From the NCBI GenBank assembly GCA_964497235.1, contig CAZCCJ010000009.1, forward strand, positions 2,701 to 66,700: a DNA stretch of 64,000 bases, written 5' to 3'. Below are positions 19,500-27,822 of this stretch, one piece after another. Position numbers and translations under genes: made by a program. The notes under the pieces were generated by a model that was given only the letters and a program-made list of their open reading frames with translations, ran no database searches and was not told where the DNA came from. The stretch comes from an uncultured Staphylococcaceae bacterium. GTDB taxonomy: Bacteria; Bacillota_I; Bacilli_A; RFN20; CAG-826. The number at the start of each line of letters is the position of its first letter. The stretch's first letter is position 1.

Positions 19500-19582
19500 T
19501 GTTGTCTTTGATTTCGAGGCACATAACCGACTTAATGGCCGTGATATAATCAAAGATAGAGACCGTTTGCGAGGGGAAGAAT

Positions 19583-22189
19583 ATGAAAAAAGATCTAAGG
19601 CTCATCTATAAAGAAGAAGCCCCGAATTCCTTAGAAGGGTGGGAGAAATATTCGCTTCCTATTGGGAATGGCCGCTTCGGCGCATCGATTTTCGGAGGCG
19701 TCCATCCTGAGAGGATACAAATCACGACGAATGAGTTCGCAAACGACTATTCGCGCGGCGGCGTCAGCAACTTCATGGAGATCCATTTGGATTTCATGAC
19801 CAAAGAAATAAGCGACTATGAGAGGGGGCTCCGTTTAAAAGACGGCGTCGTCTATTCCTCTTTCAAGGAAAATGGCTGCGATATCAAGAGAAAATGCTTC
19901 TATTCATACCCAGATAAGGCGCTCGTGTATCATATTTCGTCCTCCAAACCCATCTCCTTTAAAGCCAAACTCGTAATCTCATATTTAGGCTCTAGAAGCG
20001 TGGAAGACGGAGGAAGAGTCGGGAAAGTCGATTTTGAAGACGGGTATTTGACCGCGCGAGGGTCTTTGCCCTTCCGTTCCCTTCTTTTCGACGCCCGTTT
20101 GAGCCTTAAGAGCGATGGCAAAATCGAAAAAGAGGGCGATTCGTATGCGGTAAACGATGCGAAAGAAACAACTTTGGTCTTCGTCGCCGCGACTTCCTAT
20201 CGACTAATCAAAGAAACATTCTATGCCGAGAAAGCGTTAGGCGATGATCCGAAAAAAGAAGTCCTAGAAACGATGAAAACTGCTTCGGCGCTATCTTATT
20301 ATGAATTATACCAACGGCATTTCGACGACTATTCGTCCCTCATGGGCAGGGTTGATTTCTCTTTGAGCGATGTTTCGGATAAGCGTTCCGTTCCTGAACT
20401 CATCGAAGCCTATCGAAATGACGAGGACGCTTCCTATTTGGAAGAGCTTTATTTCTTCTTCGGAAGGCATTTGTTGATTTCCTCTTCTCGCAAAGGGGGG
20501 TTGCCCGCTTCCTTGCAAGGCGTATGGACGGCGCACGACAAATCGCCTTGGGGAAGCGGCTTTTGGCATAACATCAATATTCAGATGAATTATTGGCCCG
20601 CGTTCAGCACGAATCTCGCTGAAACCTTTGACGCCTATATTGATTTCTTTGAGGCATATTTGCCTAAAGCGAGCGATAACGCGGCCGAGTGGATTGAGGA
20701 CAATTTTGGAAAAAAGCCTGCAAAAGGGGCATGGATCATCGGGACAGGCGCTTTCGCATATCAAGTGGAAGGGATGTCGCAGAACACCCATTCCGGACCT
20801 GGAACGGGAGGCATGACCGCTCAATTATTCATGGATGCTTACGAATTCACGCAAGACGAAAAGCTCTTAAAAGGCGCAGCCTATAAAGCCATTCACGGTT
20901 TGGCTGCTTTCTTGGTTTCCTGCGTTAAAGATTACGATGGAACGTATCTTTGCTCTTATAGCGCTTCTCCTGAGCAGATTCTATCGGGACATTGGGAAAA
21001 CGACGCCAAGGAACAGCAGTATTACCACACGATCGGATGCGCATTCGATGAGCAATGGCTAGAGCAAAACGCTCGCAACGATTTGGCAATTAACTCGATT
21101 TTAAAAGAGAAAGATGAAGTTACTAAAGCAGAAACCCTGCAAATCGGCCATTATTCGCCTGTTGAGATTGGATATTCGGGGCAAATAAAGGAATATGGCG
21201 AAGAACATTTCTATGGAGAGATCGGCGAATATTGCCATCGCCATATCTCGGAATTGGTTGGATTAATGCCAGGGAATATCATCACCAATGAGACTCCGGC
21301 ATGGCTAGATGCGGCGAAAGTCACTTTGGAATATCGCGGCGATAAATCAACCGGCTGGGCTCTTGCCCATCGCCTATGCGCCTGGGCCAGAACAGGAGAA
21401 GGGGAGCACGCGTATAAACTCCTTCAAACGATGCTAAAAGAGAAGACGCACCCCAATCTTTGGGATGTCCATCCTCCTTTCCAAATTGACGGCAATTTCG
21501 GGGCGCTAGCTGGGATGGCGGAGATGCTACTTCAAAGCCACGAAGGGTATATATCGTTATTGCCCGCATTGCCGAAGAAATGGGGGAATGTCTCCTTTAA
21601 AGGTCTTAAAGCGAGGGGCAATTTCGAAGTCTCCCTTTCGCTTAAAGATGGGAGAATCGATACATTGTCGGTTGTTTCTTTATCGGGGAAGGATCTCAAG
21701 GTTTATTTCCCAGGCTTCACTCCGAAAACCAAGGTATTTGATGGAGATATGGAGATAGGGCATTCATTCGATTCCTCGATGATTTCCTTTAAGACAGAGG
21801 AAGGCCATGAATATCGCTTCTTTGGCATCATGAAAGCAAAAGAAAAGAACATTCCGGAATCCTTTGGCGCCGCTTATGGACCTGATGGTGTTCATCTGAT
21901 TTGGAAGAGCGAAGTTCCGGTCGCTTTATTTAGGGCTGTCGATAACGATGAGCATTATCAGGAAATAGGGTGTTTCGAAAAGGATGGCTCGTTTGTGGAC
22001 GAGACGTTTAACGCTTCCAAACTCGGAAGGGCTACATACAAACTTGTCGATGCTTCTAACGGGTATTCGGAGAAGGACAAAGGAAAGCTCGCTTTCATAA
22101 GCCCCGCCTCGAAACTAGAAGAGGAACGGTATCGGATGAAACTCAAGGTCAACAATCTCACAGCCGAGAAAATAGGCTGGGATTTTTGA
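19583..22189 (+). CDS. GH95 alpha-L-fucosidase / alpha-L-galactosidase
   Basis: SLPIGNGRFGA, LQGVW, NINIQMNYW, HRHISEL.GL.PG, STGWA, HPPFQIDGNFG..AG..EMLLQSH. Confidence 0.93.
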   Translation: MKKDLRLIYKEEAPNSLEGWEKYSLPIGNGRFGASIFGGVHPERIQITTNEFANDYSRGGVSNFMEIHLDFMTKEISDYERGLRLKDGVVYSSFKENGCDIKRKCFYSYPDKALVYHISSSKPISFKAKLVISYLGSRSVEDGGRVGKVDFEDGYLTARGSLPFRSLLFDARLSLKSDGKIEKEGDSYAVNDAKETTLVFVAATSYRLIKETFYAEKALGDDPKKEVLETMKTASALSYYELYQRHFDDYSSLMGRVDFSLSDVSDKRSVPELIEAYRNDEDASYLEELYFFFGRHLLISSSRKGGLPASLQGVWTAHDKSPWGSGFWHNINIQMNYWPAFSTNLAETFDAYIDFFEAYLPKASDNAAEWIEDNFGKKPAKGAWIIGTGAFAYQVEGMSQNTHSGPGTGGMTAQLFMDAYEFTQDEKLLKGAAYKAIHGLAAFLVSCVKDYDGTYLCSYSASPEQILSGHWENDAKEQQYYHTIGCAFDEQWLEQNARNDLAINSILKEKDEVTKAETLQIGHYSPVEIGYSGQIKEYGEEHFYGEIGEYCHRHISELVGLMPGNIITNETPAWLDAAKVTLEYRGDKSTGWALAHRLCAWARTGEGEHAYKLLQTMLKEKTHPNLWDVHPPFQIDGNFGALAGMAEMLLQSHEGYISLLPALPKKWGNVSFKGLKARGNFEVSLSLKDGRIDTLSVVSLSGKDLKVYFPGFTPKTKVFDGDMEIGHSFDSSMISFKTEEGHEYRFFGIMKAKEKNIPESFGAAYGPDGVHLIWKSEVPVALFRAVDNDEHYQEIGCFEKDGSFVDETFNASKLGRATYKLVDASNGYSEKDKGKLAFISPASKLEEERYRMKLKVNNLTAEKIGWDF

Positions 22190-22250
22190 CGGATTGCTTT
22201 TTCGCTGGGCGCCTAAAGCGGCATAAGAAGATAGGCTTACAAGATGGCGG

Positions 22251-23480
22251 CTAAAAAAGCTTGCCATCTCGCATGAATTCCATGAGATTCTCGTTTTTTA
22301 TGCCGTCTTTTTTCTGTAACAAGAAGTCAGTGGTCAATAGATATTTTGGATAGTTGTCTTTGATAGAAAGAAGCGAGCGATACTCTCTTTCCATGGTGTT
22401 CGTATCCGATGCGATGGTGTAGGCCACTTGCACATAGGAATAGTCGAGATTTAAATCGCGGAGAACAAAGTCGCATTCCAATTTGCCTATTTTGCCGACA
22501 TAAGCTTCATATCCTTTCGATCTCGCGTAAATGTAGACGATATTTTCTAAGCACGGACCATAGGCGGAGATGTTATTTGGGTCAGTCAGGAAAGTGAATG
22601 AGAGGTCGGAGAGATAGTATTTCTTTTCGCCCCTCAGAGAGCGTTTTGATTTGAGATCGAAATTCTGGCATGGATAGATGATTTTGGCGTCCTCCAGCGC
22701 TTGGATGTATCTCATCAAGGTGGATTCCTTTATCTTGAGTCCTCCTTCTTCGAGCCCTTTTAGGATATTCCGTTTGCTTGTGGGTCTGGAAAAGTTGTTG
22801 ATCATGTAGCGCATGACGACATCAAAACTGTCGCATTTTCTTATTTTGATTCGACGATAAATGTCTTTCTTGAGTATTTCATCCGTAAGAGCCTTCACGT
22901 AGGTTCTTTTTGCGCCTAGGCTCGGAAGAAGGACTGTCTCCGGGAATCCCCCTTCCTGCAGGTAGTTTCTTAGCTCCGTGGCGAGATCAAGGCCGATTGG
23001 CATATGGTAAAATCCCTTCATTTGTAGGTATTCTTCGAAATTGAGGGGATAGACTTCGAATTCGATATAGCGACCTGTAAGCTTCGTCATAAGCTCGCCC
23101 GAGAGAAGATAGGAGTTGCTGCCAGTGAGAAAAATCGAGTAATCCCCTTCTTCGCGATAGGCATTGACGACTTCTTCATATCCCTTCACGTTTTGAATTT
23201 CGTCGAGGAAAAGATATTTCGTTCCTTTCACATTGGCTTTACTATCGATAAGGCGTTCCAATTGATCGGCGGTTTTGATATTACGCATCCCTTTTGCGTC
23301 TAAATTCAAAAAGCAAATATTGCTTTCTTTTACCCCTTTTTCTTGCAACTCATCAGCGATAAGACGCATGATTGAAGACTTGCCTGAGCGCCTGACGCCC
23401 GTGATTACTTTGATGAGATCGTTAATATGATAGAAATTGCGGATTTTCGAAAGATAGTTTTCACGTTTGAATAATAGCAT
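22251..23480 (-). CDS. AAA_14/DUF4143 ATPase
   Basis: Start moved to ATG 23480 (MLLFKRENY); GVRRSGKS, FLDEIQ, LTGSNS, GGFP, LENIV, ECDFV...VQVAY. Confidence 0.9.
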   Translation of the reverse strand: MLLFKRENYLSKIRNFYHINDLIKVITGVRRSGKSSIMRLIADELQEKGVKESNICFLNLDAKGMRNIKTADQLERLIDSKANVKGTKYLFLDEIQNVKGYEEVVNAYREEGDYSIFLTGSNSYLLSGELMTKLTGRYIEFEVYPLNFEEYLQMKGFYHMPIGLDLATELRNYLQEGGFPETVLLPSLGAKRTYVKALTDEILKKDIYRRIKIRKCDSFDVVMRYMINNFSRPTSKRNILKGLEEGGLKIKESTLMRYIQALEDAKIIYPCQNFDLKSKRSLRGEKKYYLSDLSFTFLTDPNNISAYGPCLENIVYIYARSKGYEAYVGKIGKLECDFVLRDLNLDYSYVQVAYTIASDTNTMEREYRSLLSIKDNYPKYLLTTDFLLQKKDGIKNENLMEFMRDGKLF

Positions 23481-23531
23481 AAATTGTTTTTCCTCGATTT
23501 TATTATAGTTGACTGCGTTGCTAAAAACAGG

Positions 23532-23581
23532 AGTTAAAGGGGGGTAATTTGATAAAAATGCGAAGTTGACCCCCTTTAACT
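23532..23581. repeat. Inverted repeat upstream of the AAA ATPase
   Basis: agttaaaggggggtaa-N18-ttgaccccctttaact (outer 12 bp perfect). Confidence 0.85.
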
Positions 23582-23708
23582 GGCATTTTTGTGCTGAATA
23601 GCAGATAGTCCTTCTCCTTAGTTTCCATAGCAGATTGCCCGTGCCCATCGTTGGCGATCGGACTGCCCACATAAAATGTTTGATGCGTCTATCTTTAGGC
23701 CGCCAGTG

Positions 23709-23770
23709 CAAATTGCTCATTTAAAATTCCTCAAACTGCTTATTTGAAACTTGTCAAATCGCTCATTTAA
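23709..23770 (+). repeat. Three imperfect direct repeats with 23-bp period
   Basis: caaattgctcattta (23709), caaactgcttatttg (23732), caaatcgctcattta (23755). Confidence 0.75.
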
Positions 23771-23771
23771 C

Positions 23772-24036
23772 GTAAAAGAGCCTATAAGAAGATTTCCTAG
23801 GTTGTTTGATGAGCAGTTGAAATTTTATTTATGAAGCGTGGGGCCATCGTGATTGTGGGTCCTAAATTTTATGGAGAAGTCGGCCATAATTTGGCGGTGA
23901 GAAAATTGATTAAATTTGCTGCCGCCATTGACGAATATAAGGCCAAACCGGCATGTAATGATTATTACGAAGAATAAGTTTGCGTATAGAAGACAAGATG
24001 GCGTGTGTTGTTCCGCTGATGCGTTTAAAAAAGTTT
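23772..24036 (+). pseudogene. Miniature remnant of an AAA_14/DUF4143 gene: N-terminus fused to C-terminus
   Basis: Manual translation across frameshifts: PRLFDEQLKFYL / GAIVIVGPKFYG, then RKLIKFAAAID / MIITKNKFAYRRQDGV / VVPLMRLK. These match both ends of the 9352-10534 gene (PRIFDQILDFSL..GAVIVVGPKWCG; MIVAKNKIAKRREDGVYVVPLACLR). Confidence 0.8.
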
Positions 24037-24114
24037 AGGTTTCGCCGCGAGGACGTTAAAAATCAATGCTTTTTAAGCAATATGAAGACTGATCGTTGTT
24101 TTTCAATACGTGTT

Positions 24115-24984
24115 TTAGTCCAATTTGTTCTTTAAAAAAGGAATCTGATTGTCTTTTTTTCGATATTCTGTTGGGGTTTTGCCGGTGATTTTTGAGAAAG
24201 CGCGATAGAAAACGCTGCGATTGGAGAAACCACAGGCGGAAGAAATCGCTTTGATCGACATATTGGTCTCGCTTAGAAGCTCTAGGGCTTTTTCAACCCG
24301 TTTGTTGGAGATATATTCCACTAAAGAGACGCCAAAGTGATTCTTGAATAAGCGAGAGAAATAAGATGGATTGTAATAACACTTCTTGGCTAGCGACTCG
24401 AGGGTGAGCCCGCTATCGAGGTTGTTATTGATATAGTCAACGAGATCTTCCCATGGATCGCTTTCGCTTTCTTCGGGGGAAGACACCTTTCTAGAGATTA
24501 GAGTGATCAGGATAGCCATATATGATTCATTGACCAAGTCGAAGTGCGGCAATCTCTTGTTTTGCTCATCCACCATAAGCTCTAAGATGTTTTGAACTTG
24601 TTTTTGCTCGCTGGGAGAGAAAGTCACAACGCCGTCGTTTTCTCCCTTTGAGAATTCGTTGAAAGTCGAAAGAAGGAGCGATGAGAAAGCGTTATCGTGT
24701 GCGCTCATCTTATCCATCGTTTCCGGATAGAAGCAAATATTGAAATAAGCGGCCTCTCCATTGGACTTGAAACGATGCGTGCTGTTGTAATTCATGAACA
24801 CAAGGTCGCCTTTTTTCGTGATGAAGTGCTTGTCGTTCACGAATTGCTCTATCTCTCCGGAATTCACGTACATGATCTCGATGAAATCGTGGGTATGAAT
24901 CGGATCCTCGCCTTGTATTTTATAGAAAAATACGTGAAGGGTCGGGTCTTTTGATAGGTATTGCTCAGAACGGAACGAACGCAT
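24115..24984 (-). CDS. AraC-family transcriptional regulator (cupin + HTH)
   Basis: HTHDFIEIMYV; YNPSYFSRLFK; CGFSNRSVFYRAF...TPTEYR. Confidence 0.95.
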   Translation of the reverse strand: MRSFRSEQYLSKDPTLHVFFYKIQGEDPIHTHDFIEIMYVNSGEIEQFVNDKHFITKKGDLVFMNYNSTHRFKSNGEAAYFNICFYPETMDKMSAHDNAFSSLLLSTFNEFSKGENDGVVTFSPSEQKQVQNILELMVDEQNKRLPHFDLVNESYMAILITLISRKVSSPEESESDPWEDLVDYINNNLDSGLTLESLAKKCYYNPSYFSRLFKNHFGVSLVEYISNKRVEKALELLSETNMSIKAISSACGFSNRSVFYRAFSKITGKTPTEYRKKDNQIPFLKNKLD

Positions 24985-25164
24985 CGGATCCTCCTTGCGA
25001 TATGGCGCGAAAATGCGCTTCTTATGCTCATATTCTAAATGATTCGATTGGACATGGCAGTAAAATATCGTGTTGCAAATCTTTTCAATTTTGGTTTGAA
25101 AGTAAAAAAATAGGACACATCCGTTCCCCTAAGCAATTTCATGACGCCGTAGGCTTCATTATAA

Positions 25165-25178
25165 TGAAAACGCTTACA
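25165..25178. promoter_or_regulatory. cre site upstream of the PUL operon
   Basis: TGAAAACGCTTACA, 33 bp before the GTG start at 25212. Confidence 0.75.
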
Positions 25179-25211
25179 AAACATTTATTGGTTCTATAGG
25201 AGGGTCAGATT

Positions 25212-27797
25212 GTGAAAAGAAAAAGCATGCGCCTCGCTTTGATGGGACTCGCTTCCTTGTCTTTAGTCGTGACGGGTTGCGACACCCAAAAACAAAGCAG
25301 CCAAGGCAATATCGATTCCTCTATTCCTGATAGCTCCATCATAGACGACGGAGACGATCCAGTCATTACCTATAGCCAAATCGAGCTTCTTTCGCCTAGC
25401 GAAGGCGAATCCTTCAACATCACCCCGACTCCGATTGCGAATTATCTGAATGCGGAAACGGAAGAGGAACAGATCGCGACGATTTCCGAAGCCAAAAAAG
25501 CGGAGAACAAGAACCTCACTAACTATTCCGTGAAACTTTCTTGGAAGAAGGATGGCAGCGCCAATTACACCATATATTTGGCCACGAAAGACGATTTCTC
25601 CGATGCTCGCGAAATAAAAGTTTCGTCCTTATCGAACACCTATGAAGCCAAGAACCTTATACCTAACGCAACCTATTATTGGAAGGTGAAGGGCACAAGA
25701 ACGAAAGACACTTCCTCTGTGTCAAGTTTCAAAACCACCGGCTCTTCCGTTCGCCTAATCAGTGCTTCCGGAGCCTATAACATCCGTGATTTAGGCGGTT
25801 GGAAAGCGGGCGATAAACAAATCGCATACGGAAAGCTATATCGCGGTGGCCTGTTGAATAACTTCAGCGGCTATGCCGAGCTTGATGAGGCTGGCATCAA
25901 AACTTTCAATGAAGAACTTGGGATGAAGACTGAGATCGATCTTCGCATCACCAACAAAGACGACGCCGATCAGAAGAAGTGCTATTTCGACGAGAGCAAG
26001 ACTTATATCCAAGGCCAATTAGGGCAATATAACCGCATAATCGACCCCGATTCGTTTGCGAAGTCGAATGGATACGACACTTTCGGGGCGTATGCCAAGG
26101 ATAACCAAACGGCGGCTGGACAGAATGACGGCATTTCGGTGAAGACCCTTAGAGAGATTTTCAAAACTCTCGCCGACGAAGACAATTATCCAGTCTATTT
26201 CCATTGCAACGCCGGCGCCGATAGAACCGGCACCTTGGCCTTCTTGATCGAAGGGCTTCTTGGCGTGAGTTATGAAGATACGATCCGCGATTATGAATTA
26301 ACAAGCTTCAGCAAGTTCGGCGAAAGGCTTAGAAGCGCCGTTTCGGAGGATAAGAAATCCTTCACCGATACCGGCGTTTATTCGAATACCAGTTCGAATT
26401 ACGTCGCTTTCGGAGAACTTCATGATGACATGGTTACGTATTATGGCAAAGATGGAGGAACCCTTTCTGACGCGATATATAACTATTTGACGGGTTATGT
26501 CGGCGTACAGTCTTCGGAAATTGCAAGCCTTAAGAAAATACTTCTAGGGGAAGAAGAGAATTCCACCGTTCTTTCGACGAGACAAGAGTTTCTTTTAAGT
26601 GACTCCTCGATCAGTTTGGATCTCTTGGAAGCGGGCCTCGATGAAGGGTCGATTGCTTCCATTTCCATCGCCGGAACCGATCTCGGATCGAATGCGGCAT
26701 CGATAGACCCATCCTTGATTAGCGGAGCCAATTTGGCAGGCGAAAGAGATATCGTCATTAAAGCGAAGAAAGATGGCGAAGACATTACCGTCTATGCGCC
26801 GGTATTGCTAATCACCAAAATCGTTTCCACCGTGGACGAATTCGTGTCCATCGATACTTATCGCCACAAAAGCAATGGCACGACGGAAGATCGCGTAATC
26901 AATTACGGATATTATCGCTTGGCCAACGATATCGGCTCCGATTCTAATCCCGTTAAGCATGGCGGATGGATATTGGAGCAGATCAGCGGCAATGGCTGCA
27001 TTGGCTTTAGGGGAACGCTAGACGGCAATGGCAAGACGGTTTATATCTCCGAGGTATATGGCGGCTTCTTCTCTTGTATTGGTGGCGGTGCGAAGATTGA
27101 GAACATCACTTTCGCGGTCGCCCAAGACGGCGTTACGTCGGGTGACAACAATTTCCATTCCACTTTGGCCGTCGTTATGTGCGGAGCCATCTTGGATGAC
27201 GTCACCTTCAATGTCTTAAGCGACGGCTGGGGCGACAATTATTCGAAAGGATTATTTGCTTCTGGCGTCGGTTTCATTTCCTGCTCCGAAGCCCATGGTT
27301 GCTTGATCAAAGACGTCACGGTCAATTCCGACTATCCGATCGTCTCGCTCTTTGGCGGCCTCTACTATGGCGGCATGGGCGGGATGAAATTTGAGAATCT
27401 CACCATCAACTGCGCCAAACTTGGCTATTTGGGAATAAAAAGGACGATTTCTGGGAAGACCCAATCGACGATAACAGTTGATGATTGCTATCTTCCGATG
27501 GAGTTCGAAGGAATCTCCGGAAGTTATCAGACTTCCTCCGTTTCGGACGTTTCGAATAAGCTCGTGAATGGATTCGCTTCCATAGGGCTTGGTAGCAAAT
27601 ACGGAGCGATGGATCTTATCACCGCATCTTACCAAAGCAAGAAAATCGTCGATGCCACGCTTATAAACGATACCTTAATGTTCGATGCTTCATCGATCAT
27701 TGGCGATAACGATTCGATTGAAGGAACCCTTTCTCTTAAATTGCAGAAGGGCGACATCATCTGCACGTATTCGCTTAAGGTTACATTGACTAAATAA
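25212..27797 (+). CDS. Lipoprotein: Fn3-like domain + MptpB-like tyrosine/lipid phosphatase + C-terminal beta-helix-like domain
   Basis: Lipobox VVTGC; NIRDLGGW, LYRG, IDLR, P-loop HCNAGADRTG, DYELT; C-terminal GYYRLANDI..GFRGTLDGNG. Confidence 0.85.
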   Translation: MKRKSMRLALMGLASLSLVVTGCDTQKQSSQGNIDSSIPDSSIIDDGDDPVITYSQIELLSPSEGESFNITPTPIANYLNAETEEEQIATISEAKKAENKNLTNYSVKLSWKKDGSANYTIYLATKDDFSDAREIKVSSLSNTYEAKNLIPNATYYWKVKGTRTKDTSSVSSFKTTGSSVRLISASGAYNIRDLGGWKAGDKQIAYGKLYRGGLLNNFSGYAELDEAGIKTFNEELGMKTEIDLRITNKDDADQKKCYFDESKTYIQGQLGQYNRIIDPDSFAKSNGYDTFGAYAKDNQTAAGQNDGISVKTLREIFKTLADEDNYPVYFHCNAGADRTGTLAFLIEGLLGVSYEDTIRDYELTSFSKFGERLRSAVSEDKKSFTDTGVYSNTSSNYVAFGELHDDMVTYYGKDGGTLSDAIYNYLTGYVGVQSSEIASLKKILLGEEENSTVLSTRQEFLLSDSSISLDLLEAGLDEGSIASISIAGTDLGSNAASIDPSLISGANLAGERDIVIKAKKDGEDITVYAPVLLITKIVSTVDEFVSIDTYRHKSNGTTEDRVINYGYYRLANDIGSDSNPVKHGGWILEQISGNGCIGFRGTLDGNGKTVYISEVYGGFFSCIGGGAKIENITFAVAQDGVTSGDNNFHSTLAVVMCGAILDDVTFNVLSDGWGDNYSKGLFASGVGFISCSEAHGCLIKDVTVNSDYPIVSLFGGLYYGGMGGMKFENLTINCAKLGYLGIKRTISGKTQSTITVDDCYLPMEFEGISGSYQTSSVSDVSNKLVNGFASIGLGSKYGAMDLITASYQSKKIVDATLINDTLMFDASSIIGDNDSIEGTLSLKLQKGDIICTYSLKVTLTK

Positions 27798-27822
27798 GTC
27801 ATTAAATAAAAGGAGAAAAAAC

